From NCBI GenBank assembly GCA_020348925.1, contig CP070758.1, positions 576,469 to 640,468 on the forward strand: a stretch of DNA of 64,000 nucleotides, written 5' to 3'. The notes below the pieces were generated by a model, which was not told the origin of the DNA, made no database searches, and worked only from the letters and a program-made list of their open reading frames with translations. This stretch comes from Gemmatimonadota bacterium (GTDB taxonomy: Bacteria; JBHIER01; G020348925). Below are positions 10,332 to 20,282 of this stretch, piece by piece. A program made the translations under genes and the position numbers. How positions within the stretch are numbered: position 1 is the stretch's first letter; the number at the start of each line of letters is the position of its first letter.

Positions 10332-10676
10332 ATGCAACTCAAAGAGATTTTTGAAAAGCTCGATCTCGAGGTCAAAGCCGGCCAAGACGGCCTTGATCAC
10401 TTCGTGACCGGTGGGTATGTGAGTGACCTTTTGAGTGACGTTATCGCCAACAGTCGCAAATGTGACCTCTGGATCACGCTCCAGATTCATCAAAACATAG
10501 TGGCCGTGGCGACGTTGAAGGAGCTGGCCGGAATTATTCTCATCAACGGCAAGGAGCCGGCCGACGCAACGATATCAAAGGCCGAAGCGGAGGGGGTCCC
10601 CATCCTTGTCAGTCCGCTGACCGCCTATGAGATCGTCTCTCAGCTTCACGATTTGGGCATATCCGGAAAACGGTAA
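10332..10676 (+). CDS. DRTGG-domain protein
   Basis: GYVSDLLSDVIA...LWITLQIHQNIVAVA. Confidence 0.85.
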   Translation: MQLKEIFEKLDLEVKAGQDGLDHFVTGGYVSDLLSDVIANSRKCDLWITLQIHQNIVAVATLKELAGIILINGKEPADATISKAEAEGVPILVSPLTAYEIVSQLHDLGISGKR

Positions 10677-11428
10677 TGCTCCGCACCTTCCGGGCCGACC
10701 TTCACATCCACACCTGCCTCTCCCCCTGTGCGGACATTGACATGTCTCCGAGCGCCATTTTGGAGACTGCGGAGCAGAAGGGACTGGACATCATTGCCAT
10801 CTGCGATCACAATTCCGCCGAGAACGTCGCTGCTGCGGTTCGGGCTGCATCGGACCGAGAACTCACGGTTCTCTGCGGCATGGAGATCGCATCTCAGGAA
10901 GAGGCCCACATCATCGCCCTTTTCGACACACCGGCTGAAATATTGGAGCTTCAAAGGACCGTCTATGCTCATCTTCCCAAAGGGATGGCTGTTGAGATGA
11001 ATGTCGACGATCAGATCGTGGTCAACGAATTCGACGAGGTCGAGGGTTTCAACACCAAATTGCTCATCGGGGCGACCGATTTATCGGTCCATGATATTGT
11101 GGACATAGTTCATAACATCGGCGGTCTGGCCATCGCCTCCCACATCGACCGGGAGATGTTCAGTATTGTCGGGCAACTGGGATTTATCCCGGAGGATCTC
11201 CCCCTGGATGCTGTAGAAATTTCTGCGAACACGCCTCTCGAGGAGGCCAGGGAAAGCTTTGCCATGCACGGAAACTTCCCCATGATCACCTCCTCCGACG
11301 CCCATTTTCTCAATGACATCGGTAAAGTCAACACTGACTTTTTCATGGCGGAACCGACGACGGAGGAGATGAAAAAGGCTTTCCTCAATGTTGACGGCAG
11401 CAGTGTAATTTACTCGGAACCAGTCTGA
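10676..11428 (+). CDS. PHP-family metal-dependent phosphoesterase
   Basis: DLHIHTCLSPC, CDHN, SHIDR, SSDAH. Confidence 0.9.
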   Translation: MLRTFRADLHIHTCLSPCADIDMSPSAILETAEQKGLDIIAICDHNSAENVAAAVRAASDRELTVLCGMEIASQEEAHIIALFDTPAEILELQRTVYAHLPKGMAVEMNVDDQIVVNEFDEVEGFNTKLLIGATDLSVHDIVDIVHNIGGLAIASHIDREMFSIVGQLGFIPEDLPLDAVEISANTPLEEARESFAMHGNFPMITSSDAHFLNDIGKVNTDFFMAEPTTEEMKKAFLNVDGSSVIYSEPV

Positions 11429-11435
11429 ATTAGTT

Positions 11436-11538
11436 TTGATCGCCCAGTATATGTATGCTGGGCGAAGCATTATATTGGGATATGTATCCCGTTATAACCT
11501 TCAATAAATCTACACTCCACACAATCGATCATCACTTC
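11436..11538. repeat. Dispersed two-hairpin element, copy A (copy B at 39848-39950)
   Basis: TTGATCGCCCAGTA.ATGT.TGCTGGGCGAA...GGGAT.T.TATCCCG shared, with compensatory stem changes. Confidence 0.75.
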
Positions 11539-11645
11539 AAATCGTGAGAAACTGCGACACATTGGTTGGGAAGCATGTCTTTTCCATCTACCGCACAGGA
11601 TAAATATCCTGCGGGATCAGTATTTCGACCACACTCTCACACCAC

Positions 11646-11721
11646 TGTCTTTTCGACCGAAGTGAGCGGAGAAATCTGTCTCACGTCTCACACAGATTCC
11701 GCGACTTCGCTCGGAATGACA
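11646..11721. repeat. REP-like nested palindrome
   Basis: TGTCTTTTCGA...AATCTGT/ACAGATT...TCGGAATGACA nested inverted repeats; related degenerate elements near 24756-24862 and 39284-39438. Confidence 0.6.
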
Positions 11722-12050
11722 CAATATTTCTGTCAGTTAGCTCCATGCCTTTGTCTCACAACAAATAATAAGGAAATTTTTACATGGTTAAATAAGCGCA
11801 CCGGGTGCGCCTCTGGGGCGAATAATGCGGTATGCTATGATGACCTCTGTCAATCCCCACAAATTAAAAATATTCATATAAATAGAGAACCTTCTAAAAC
11901 CTTTCATGCCTTACATTAAAAAATCTTATGAACCGTCTTTTTTCGTGAAANNNNNNNNNNNNNNNNNNNNNNNNNNNNNNNNNNNNNNNNNNNNNNNNNN
12001 NNNNNNNNNNNNNNNNNNNNNNNNNNNNNNNNNNNNNNNNNNNNNNNNNN

Positions 12051-12453
12051 CTATCCTGAGGGCCATCTTGAGGGCTGTCTCCCCGGGTTTTGACACAGGG
12101 AGCTCACGGAGAAAAAGACGGTAGGTCTTCTCCGTAACAGGCCATTGGCCATTATATCCGATACGGACTACCCTCTCCTCTTTTGGTCCAACACTGAATA
12201 TTTTGGGAAAGAAGATGATGTCCTGGGTGGGCTCAAATGTATCTTTTCCCCCCTCGTCCTGCCTCCAGACGATCCCTTCCACCTGTATGGCCACCACCTC
12301 CTCGCCGTTGTTCGTCACTATGAGTGTGGCTGTCTTCTTCTCAGGCTCGACAAATACCTTGATGGGATGGACAGTGAAGGATCCTGCCATAACTTCATTA
12401 GGCAGGAGAAAGAGTAAACAGATAAAAACGTATACAAATTCTTTTCTTATCAT
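12051..12453 (-). CDS. Chaperone-usher pilus periplasmic chaperone (PapD_N/CsuC-like), truncated by gap
   Basis: Signal peptide; IIFFPKIFSVGPKEERVVRIG; EKTYRLFLRELP. Confidence 0.85.
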
Positions 12454-12497
12454 CTTTGCCTCCATCGCTTTCGTCCAGATACCTTTCATTCTAAACA

Positions 12498-13016
12498 TCA
12501 ATAGTGCACCGTGACCGTTACAGCATCGGTGTAGGTACCGGCAGGTCTAATAGATCCACCAAATTGATGGGCCCGCCCATAAACGGTATGGACCTGGTCA
12601 GTACCGTCCCCTGTATGGGGACCAGAGGAACTGCCCTCAGGGAACGTGTTGCCATAATCCGAATCACCCCACTCCTGGTCTAAACCGTAGGAGTCATCCT
12701 TAAACAACCAATAAGTTACCGTCGCGGTACCTCCCGAAACCTCCACGTGCCTAAAATTGAAAAAATAATGCTGCCCCGCATCAATAGCGATATGGTAGGG
12801 TAAGCCACTGGCGGCATTCACTGTAATCGTCGAGTTTGCGTATGTGTAGTTACTTGCCGATAGAGGACCAAAATCAAGGGGCGATGCAGATACAGTGACA
12901 GCCTCTGGTACAGTCGCCTGTACATTCATGGTCGTCGTCTCACTCCCTGCCCAGACGGACACTGAAAGATTCAAGATCAGTGCCATACCAGCGATTGCTG
13001 AGAGAATCTTTTTCAT
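12498..13016 (-). CDS. Csu-type pilin (spore coat protein U domain) 3
   Basis: Signal peptide, LDFG, AGTYTDAVTVTVHY C-terminus; ATG follows AGGAGGTG. Confidence 0.85.
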   Translation of the reverse strand: MKKILSAIAGMALILNLSVSVWAGSETTTMNVQATVPEAVTVSASPLDFGPLSASNYTYANSTITVNAASGLPYHIAIDAGQHYFFNFRHVEVSGGTATVTYWLFKDDSYGLDQEWGDSDYGNTFPEGSSSGPHTGDGTDQVHTVYGRAHQFGGSIRPAGTYTDAVTVTVHY

Positions 13017-13094
13017 TGTTCTCACCTCCTTTATTTCGTGATTTACTAAAAAAGGAGCCCGGGGATACTACCCCAGGTCCCTTTCAACCAACGG

Positions 13095-13607
13095 TTAGTA
13101 GTGCACGGTGACCGTTACCACGTCGGTGTATGTGCCAGCAGGGTTAGATACAAATGCTGAGGCCCGCCCATATACGTTATGGACCTGGTCAGTACCGTCC
13201 CCTGTGTGAGGTCCAGAGGAACTGCCATCAGGGTACGTGTTACCATAATCCGAATCACTCCACTCCTGGTCTACCCCGTAGGATTGGTCCTTATACAAGC
13301 CATAAGATACTTCCTCGGTACCTCCCGAACGCTCCAGTTTTCTCCAAATGGAAATAAAATGCTGCCCTGCGTCAATGGCGATATGGTAGGTTATGCCACT
13401 TGCGGCATTCACCGTAATCGTCGAGTTTGCGTATGTGTAGTCACTTGCCGATAGAGGACCAAAGTCAAGGGGCGATGCAGACACAGTGACAGCCTCTGGT
13501 ACAGTCGCCTGTAAATTCATGGTCGTTGTCTCGCTCCCTGCCCAGGCGGACACTGAAAGGTTCAACATCAGTGCCATACCAGCGATTGCTGAGAGAATCT
13601 TTTTCAT
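13095..13607 (-). CDS. Csu-type pilin (SCPU domain) 2
   Basis: Close paralog; AGTYTDVVTVTVHY. Confidence 0.85.
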   Translation of the reverse strand: MKKILSAIAGMALMLNLSVSAWAGSETTTMNLQATVPEAVTVSASPLDFGPLSASDYTYANSTITVNAASGITYHIAIDAGQHFISIWRKLERSGGTEEVSYGLYKDQSYGVDQEWSDSDYGNTYPDGSSSGPHTGDGTDQVHNVYGRASAFVSNPAGTYTDVVTVTVHY

Positions 13608-13687
13608 TGTTCTCACCTCCTTTTTTACGTGTCATACCAAGGAAGTAGCCTGGGGATACAATCCTCAGACCCCTTCCTTTCCAACGA

Positions 13688-14206
13688 TCAATTGAACACC
13701 GTGACCGTGACCACATCGGAGTATGTGCCGAAAAGACTAAATCCATAGGGTGAACAAGTTCCATAAACAGGATATTGCTGGTCAGTGCCGTCCCCTGTGT
13801 GGGGGCCGGAGGAGAGGCCGTACGGGTATGTGTTGTTGCCGTCGGGGTAATCAGAATCACCCCACTGCTCGGTTCGAGAAGCATCCTTACACAAGTTATA
13901 AAATACTGTCTCGATATCTCCTGAAAGCTCCATGGTTCTCCCTTGCCCGGCGGCAAAATGCTGCCCCGCATCAATGGCGATATAGTAGTTTATATCACTT
14001 GCAGCATTCACCGTAATTGTCGCCGTGGCCATGGTAGGACTATTCGGCGAGAGGGTGCCAAAATTCATGGGCGTTGCAGAGACCGTCACAGCTTGGGGCA
14101 CCTCAGCGGTCACGGTCATGGTCGTCGTCACGGCCCCTGCCCAGGCGGACACTGCAACATTTAATATCAGTGCCATACCAGCGATTGCTGAGAGAATCTT
14201 TTTCAT
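13688..14206 (-). CDS. Csu-type pilin (SCPU domain) 1
   Basis: Paralog; MNFG, GTYSDVVTVTVFN. Confidence 0.85.
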   Translation of the reverse strand: MKKILSAIAGMALILNVAVSAWAGAVTTTMTVTAEVPQAVTVSATPMNFGTLSPNSPTMATATITVNAASDINYYIAIDAGQHFAAGQGRTMELSGDIETVFYNLCKDASRTEQWGDSDYPDGNNTYPYGLSSGPHTGDGTDQQYPVYGTCSPYGFSLFGTYSDVVTVTVFN

Positions 14207-14565
14207 TGTTCTCACCTCCTTTTTCCGTTATTCCATTTGACCCCCTGCCTCCGCAGGGGCAGGCTTTGGTCCGTTTTGTCGGTTGTCGAACCCCGATGAA
14301 TCGGAGTCCTTAGACTTCTTCGTCCCGAGAAAACATCAAACCGGGACATTACCACACCCCCTCCTCCCATTTTAAAGCAACACATGTGAACCACCTCCTT
14401 TTGTTGCGTTGAAAACTGCTTTCATCAATTATTACTGTTCTGCCTGAGATTTTTACGAAAATTTTTCAGCTTATAAAGAGATCCCTTTTCAATTTTCTAT
14501 TGACATCCACCAGAAAAATCCTTTATTTGATGTGGGAAAATCATCAAAGAAAAAGAGGGAGGACC

Positions 14566-15123
14566 ATGGCTCCGAAAATTGAGAAACTGTGGCTCCTGCA
14601 GCAAGATGAAGAAAGGGTGAGCTTCGCTCAGTTGTATAACAGATACAAGGCCCTCTGCTTCAGCCACGCTCTTGGCATAACCGGGGATGAGGACCGGGCG
14701 GGGGATATCGTGCAAGAGAGCTTTGTGGCCGTATACAAGCAAGTGACCGAAAAAGGACTGCAATTCAACTCCCTGAGACATGCGCGGGATTACCTTCTAA
14801 AAGTGGTGAGACATATGGCCATCAACAACACGAAGGTCCAGGCCCGGAAGGTCGAACTTGAGGACATCGCCGATTCTCTCACGAGCCTTGAGGATCAAGA
14901 GGAGAAATACATTGAGGAAGAACGGTTGGAAGCATGCAGGAGGGCTCTGAAACGGCTCCCCTCGAAATACAGAAATGTGTTGAGACTGCGTTTCTATGAA
15001 AAAATGACTCTGGCTGAGATTGCCCAACACTTAGGGAAACCCCCTACCACCATTCAGTACATGGAGAAGAAGGCCTTGGGAAAAATTAAAAAAGACAGGA
15101 TTGTGAGAACGTTTTTTTCGTAA
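14566..15123 (+). CDS. ECF-family sigma-70 factor
   Basis: FAQLYNRY...AGDIVQESFVAVY (region 2); LPSKYRNVLRLRFYEKMTLAEIAQHLG (region 4). Confidence 0.9.
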   Translation: MAPKIEKLWLLQQDEERVSFAQLYNRYKALCFSHALGITGDEDRAGDIVQESFVAVYKQVTEKGLQFNSLRHARDYLLKVVRHMAINNTKVQARKVELEDIADSLTSLEDQEEKYIEEERLEACRRALKRLPSKYRNVLRLRFYEKMTLAEIAQHLGKPPTTIQYMEKKALGKIKKDRIVRTFFS

Positions 15124-15189
15124 ATATGGCCTCTCTGAGAGTTATACTATTGAAAAACTATACGTGACCAAACCGGACAGGAGAGAAAA

Positions 15190-15668
15190 ATGGCTTGCAC
15201 GAAAGAGAGAGCTTCGCTCATCAATGATTTTGCCATAGGAAGGCTTGCACCTGAAAAAACGGACGAACTGCTCGATCATGCGGCAACATGCGATGAATGT
15301 TCTGCGATCCTCGATATGGTTGCCGGGGTTCTGGCCTGCCAGGAAAAGTGCGGGGCTGAGATTTTCGAGGGTAAACCCTCTTTTCTCGCCGCACGTTGGC
15401 ATCGTATACAGGAAGCGCTGAGGATCAATAAAACCTTCATCAAAATAGCCGTTCCCGTGGCCGTGACAGCGGCAGTGGCCTTTCTCCTCTTCAATCCTTT
15501 TGCTCACCAGCCGGAGAAATACGTGGATCTGGTTAAATTTGAAGCTCCTAAATATATTCCTCGAAGCCTCCGCGGCCCCGGAGTGGATGAGATCAAAAAA
15601 ACTCCCTTTGAAGAGGGAATGGCTGCTTATAATGATGGGAATTTCTCAAAGGCTGTGGAGAAACTGTC
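15190..15668 (+). CDS. Zinc-binding anti-sigma factor with TM helix and TPR start, truncated by gap
   Basis: HAATCDEC (HxxxCxxC), TM IAVPVAVTAAVAFLLF, FEEGMAAYNDGNFSKAVEKL. Confidence 0.8.
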
Positions 15669-15768
15669 NNNNNNNNNNNNNNNNNNNNNNNNNNNNNNNN
15701 NNNNNNNNNNNNNNNNNNNNNNNNNNNNNNNNNNNNNNNNNNNNNNNNNNNNNNNNNNNNNNNNNNNN

Positions 15769-16449
15769 AAAAGTTTTCCGGTAAATGAACATGGAGTCGA
15801 CCATCATGCTGTGATTGCAGCCGACCCACACGCCAGAGCTCGGTCCTGTCTCGACGTACTGCCGGATGTATACGTATGCGCCTGGAACAGGTGCGTTTTC
15901 CCCGGGTCTGAAATCATCGTAATCGAGGTAGTCGGGATCGGTGTGATCGATCCACAGACCCCTTCCCCCGGCCAGTTGTTCCTCGGTCATGTAAAAGCTG
16001 CGGATGGCGTTGGTATTCGTTAATTGCCAATCCAGGTACCAGGTTGAGTTGCGGAAACCCGTGCTGTAGGGAATGCCTTTCTTCATGTGCCAGTATGATA
16101 TCGCTTCCGAACACCATGCCTCCCTTCCATACAAATCTCCCACTGATTCGAACCAGCAGGCATAATCGTCAGCCAAACCGATATCATTTATCCCGATTCT
16201 CATCTGATAATACGGTTTTCCACCGTCAGATACGCACGACTCTTCGGTCCCCAGGGTCATATTGGCCACGTCCTGAATCCAGGTGCCGGAAGGATTCCAG
16301 CTTCCGCTGTCGTGGAAACAAGCACAGCCCGGCCCGTCATCATTACAACACGTGAGAAGTCGAGAGCGGATATTCTCTCCAGAGACAGCTCCGGTAATTA
16401 CAAAACTTACCATCGCAATTGTAGCGGCGATTGAAGCGATCTTTTTCAT
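15769..16449 (-). CDS. Secreted protein with CHAP-like (Cys/His amidase) motif, truncated by gap
   Basis: Signal MKKIASIAATIAMVSFVITGAVSG; EAWCSEAISYW...PVPGAYV...NHSMMV. Confidence 0.55.
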
Positions 16450-16661
16450 TTTCGGCCTCCTTCTTGTGATTGATCTTATGGAGATGGTGGTGCTGGAGGT
16501 GCCAAACCGGAACTCACAACACGACATTGAATTGGTACTCCATTTCTATCAATACATGTGTTCTCACTCAAATTTTCCCAGGTATGACTTTATGAGTGAC
16601 ATACTTCCTCCTGTGTGTTAACGTTTTCTCCTACCAACTCAAAAAGATGAAGCGCTCAGGA

Positions 16662-19151
16662 TTAAGGGATAGGCGGATTCGTAGGTGGTTCGAGACCAGC
16701 GCTTTCTGCGACACAAGGTTCAGGATTCCCGTTTACATCAGTGCACGAATTCCCGCCCAAGTCAATCAATTCGTAACTCCCGGCCGGACAGTCCGGGATC
16801 TGTGGACTTGCGTTCCCGCCTTCCAATTCCCAGGCGTTGAATGAAAGCACGTTCTGTCCGATACGTGCGATGCTGTGGAAACCCGGATCACAACCGAAGA
16901 CGCTTATTCCAGCCCGGGCGTTCCCAGTTATTGTCGAGTACTGCACCGTCACTATTTCCGAGGACCAAATCCGGATACCGTCACCCCATGTAGAATCAGG
17001 TCGAGGGTATGTGTTTGAGACGTGAGTACCATGAATTCCTAAATCACCTGTATCGATTAAATCAATCCCCGCATCACCATTGTAGTCTATAAAGCAATCC
17101 ATAATAAGAACAGGCTTGGCATGACCTACAACAACAATTCCGCCTCCAGGATTTCCGCAGATGGTGTCACCTGCAATGATGTGCATATAACCAGGGGCAT
17201 CTTCAATGGCATTGTAAAGGTAGACCCCAATATTCCCTGTATCGTTGATATTGAATCCAATTAACTCGAGTAATTTAACATTCAGGAGAGACATACCGTT
17301 CCACCACGTGTTGCTGATCTCAGAATCTTCTACCCCAAGTGTCGAAAAATTGCCATAGATACCACGACCTGATTGATATATGCTGACATGTTTGAGCTGA
17401 ACCGCTGCTGGCAATGCCTCGCCCGTCGTATCATCGGGAGCACCGGCAATCCCGTATGCACCACCCGACACATTTAAGTTCTTGGCCGATAAACCTCCCC
17501 CAGAAAGAACTGTGATCACTCCTGCATCCATGTCCGTACCCACAATCTCTGGCGCGAGCTCCCCATCCCCCACTTTCCCCACGAGATGAACCAACTTCCC
17601 CTCAATACACAGACTCTCATCGTACCTCCCAGGCCTGATCCCTACCACTCCTCCATACGGAACCCTTTCAAGAGCATTTTGAATTGTGGGAAACCGAGCA
17701 CTCGGAACATCGGCATCCAATGGCTTCTCATACGAATACCTCACACATACTTGGGCATCAAAAGAGTATCTTTGAGTCCACTGGGGCTGCCCCCCTTCGT
17801 AGCCGCTCTCATGAAGGGAAAATTCCCCGGAAAACGCCACACTCACATCCCCTGTCCCTATATAGGGCGCATATCCAGCCACCTCACATGTCGCCGTACT
17901 GCACACCAAAAGATCTTCGAAGGTTACCCCGGACTCCCCGTCATAATCAGTCACTCCATCGTAGGCGGCCAAATTGAGTTCCGACAGGTGGGTGCCCATC
18001 TCCAACTCAAGAGGATCTGAGGGGCACCCGGGAATAGAAAATTGCAACGAAAAGAAGGTATCCATCCAAAAGTCATTGGTGGGATTTCTAAAAGCCACGT
18101 TCTCAATCATCACATCCTGACGAAGGGTACCCACAATTGAAACGTCAACACCAACGAGGTCTCCCAGGGCAGGATCGAATTTCGGAAACAGCATGAACCC
18201 CTCGTCGACATCATTGACACTCTCACAGTACGATTGCGTCACCACCGCACAATCCTCTGAGTCCACATACCCATCACAGTCGTTATCCACCCCGTCATGG
18301 CACCCCTCTGTGGCTTCCGGGTTCACCAGCCGGTCACCGTCATCGCAGTCTTCGCCGCAGGGCTCGGCATAGTATCCGTCATCATCACCATCAACCATAC
18401 AGTCGCCGTCATCGCAATCGGCGTAACCATCGCAGTCGTTGTCCACCCCATCTGTGCAGAGTTCGGGAGCACCAACATAGACTGTGCTATCACCATCATC
18501 GCAGTCGTCACCACAGGTCTCGGCATAGTACCCGTCATCATCACCATCAACAAGACAGTCTCCGTCATCGCAATCGACATCTCCGTCACCATCATCGTCC
18601 ACCCCGTTCTCGCAACAGAGCTCCCTATGTGTGCAGCCTGCATTGGGATCGCACTCGTCCTCCGTACAGGGGTCATCATCATCGCAGTCCACCGGCGTCC
18701 CCTCACAGACACCTTCAACACAGACCTCATTCTCAGTACAGAGATCTCCATCGTCGCACGAGCTCCCCGGGGCCAGGGTGTCATGGACGCACTGGACAAG
18801 GACAGAATCACAATAATCCTCAGTACAGGAATTCCTGTCGTCGCAGTCCAATCCCTCACACGAGGAAACGCACGATCCCGTCCCCAGAATGACGTTGATA
18901 ATTCCCAGAACATCCAGGATGTTGGCCTGCCCATCACCATTACAGTCGGCGGCCCAGAACTCCTGGTCGCTGGGCGGTGGAGACGTCTCCAGGACAAAAT
19001 TCACCGTCTGCAGAGCATCCAAGACATTGATCACTCCATCGCCGTTGACATCACCCCTCTCAATCTGGGCAATGGTTATCCGGGCCGACACAAATAGACC
19101 CAGTCCAAGGAATATGATTGAAAACCCTGCACAGAACACTCGCTTGACCAT
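16662..19151 (-). CDS. Secreted mosaic protein: N-terminal dockerin, Cys/Asp-rich Ca-binding repeats, choice-of-anchor-E-like domain, right-handed beta-helix
   Basis: GDVNGDGVINVLDAL...DCNGDGQANILDVL; CDDRNSCTEDYC; GVDNDCDGYAD repeats; FPKFDPALGDL; VPSARFPTIQNAL...IRPGRYDE plus beta-helix rungs. Confidence 0.85.
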   Translation of the reverse strand: MVKRVFCAGFSIIFLGLGLFVSARITIAQIERGDVNGDGVINVLDALQTVNFVLETSPPPSDQEFWAADCNGDGQANILDVLGIINVILGTGSCVSSCEGLDCDDRNSCTEDYCDSVLVQCVHDTLAPGSSCDDGDLCTENEVCVEGVCEGTPVDCDDDDPCTEDECDPNAGCTHRELCCENGVDDDGDGDVDCDDGDCLVDGDDDGYYAETCGDDCDDGDSTVYVGAPELCTDGVDNDCDGYADCDDGDCMVDGDDDGYYAEPCGEDCDDGDRLVNPEATEGCHDGVDNDCDGYVDSEDCAVVTQSYCESVNDVDEGFMLFPKFDPALGDLVGVDVSIVGTLRQDVMIENVAFRNPTNDFWMDTFFSLQFSIPGCPSDPLELEMGTHLSELNLAAYDGVTDYDGESGVTFEDLLVCSTATCEVAGYAPYIGTGDVSVAFSGEFSLHESGYEGGQPQWTQRYSFDAQVCVRYSYEKPLDADVPSARFPTIQNALERVPYGGVVGIRPGRYDESLCIEGKLVHLVGKVGDGELAPEIVGTDMDAGVITVLSGGGLSAKNLNVSGGAYGIAGAPDDTTGEALPAAVQLKHVSIYQSGRGIYGNFSTLGVEDSEISNTWWNGMSLLNVKLLELIGFNINDTGNIGVYLYNAIEDAPGYMHIIAGDTICGNPGGGIVVVGHAKPVLIMDCFIDYNGDAGIDLIDTGDLGIHGTHVSNTYPRPDSTWGDGIRIWSSEIVTVQYSTITGNARAGISVFGCDPGFHSIARIGQNVLSFNAWELEGGNASPQIPDCPAGSYELIDLGGNSCTDVNGNPEPCVAESAGLEPPTNPPIP

Positions 19152-19320
19152 GACACCTCCCCGCTCACAAAGTGTATGACTCAGAACGGTCGTCGCCTTC
19201 CTCGATAATGGGCTTACTATTAGGAACTTTTAAAATTTGTTGAAACCTGTACGTGTTCAAAGACAGTCTTTCCCTTTTGCATACAAAGAAACAACATGCC
19301 TTTACCAAGAATCACAGAAA

Positions 19321-19864
19321 TCACCGTAACAGGAGCATTTTCTTGAGGGCTGTGAACTCGCCGGATTGAAGCCAATAGAAGTAAACTCCACTTGAAAGCA
19401 ATTGATCCCCCTCATCGCGGCCGTCCCACGTCACTGCGTAATATCCTGGCTCCTGCACATCATCCACCAACGTCCGTACCTCCTGCCCCAGGATATTATA
19501 AATCTTCAACGAGGTGTGGACAGGAAATCTCACATCCTCGATCCCGTTCTGGTTTCCCCCGCTCCGATCTGCGCAGCGGGACGGAGGGGACGGGGCTGCT
19601 ATCTGATACCTAATATCTGTGATGGGATTGAACGGATTCGGACAGTTCTGGAACAATACAAACACGTCCGGACTCTGATGCTGAGTGTGAGTGACCCCGA
19701 CATCGCCTGACACTGCCACAGTGATGGATCTGCTGTAGAGTGTTAACTCAGTGGCGATCGTGTTGTTGATCTTGCATATATACGAACCAGCATGGGATGA
19801 ATCCAGTGAAGCAATCACATATGAACTGTTTTCCGCCCCTGGAATATCGACTCCATCTCTCATC
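19321..19864 (-). CDS. 3' fragment of a secreted protein with Ig-like domain and T9SS/FlgD-type CTD
   Basis: DIPGAENSSY...GSYICKI; QNCPNPFNP...[13 protein letters not shown]...SSGVYFY...KKMLLLR. Confidence 0.85.
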
Positions 19865-20282
19865 NNNNNNNNNNNNNNNNNNNNNNNNNNNNNNNNNNNN
19901 NNNNNNNNNNNNNNNNNNNNNNNNNNNNNNNNNNNNNNNNNNNNNNNNNNNNNNNNNNNNNNNNACTTGCTTCGGCAAGGTCATCGCTATCCTCCTTTCA
20001 TAGTTTGTGAGAAACTATTGGAGTTTACGATGACCTTCGCCCTTTTCAAAGAACGAAAATTGCGAACATTAATTTACACTACCGAGAAACGAAATTGTAC
20101 TATTTAATAATAATGTTACTTACAGTGACGTTTTCCCTTAATCCACTATATTCTGACGTAGAGTTACTTTCTAGGGTTGAATTCTGTTACTTTTGGGCAG
20201 CGTATACGATTTTTACCAGTAACATATATATCTTTCAAAGAATCAAAAGTGCAGATTTTCTTTGATATTTCATTTTCAATTA

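Noticed and set aside
14220-14400. c-di-GMP riboswitch in the pilin leader
   Set aside because: Hairpins are present but the class I/II consensus motifs are not
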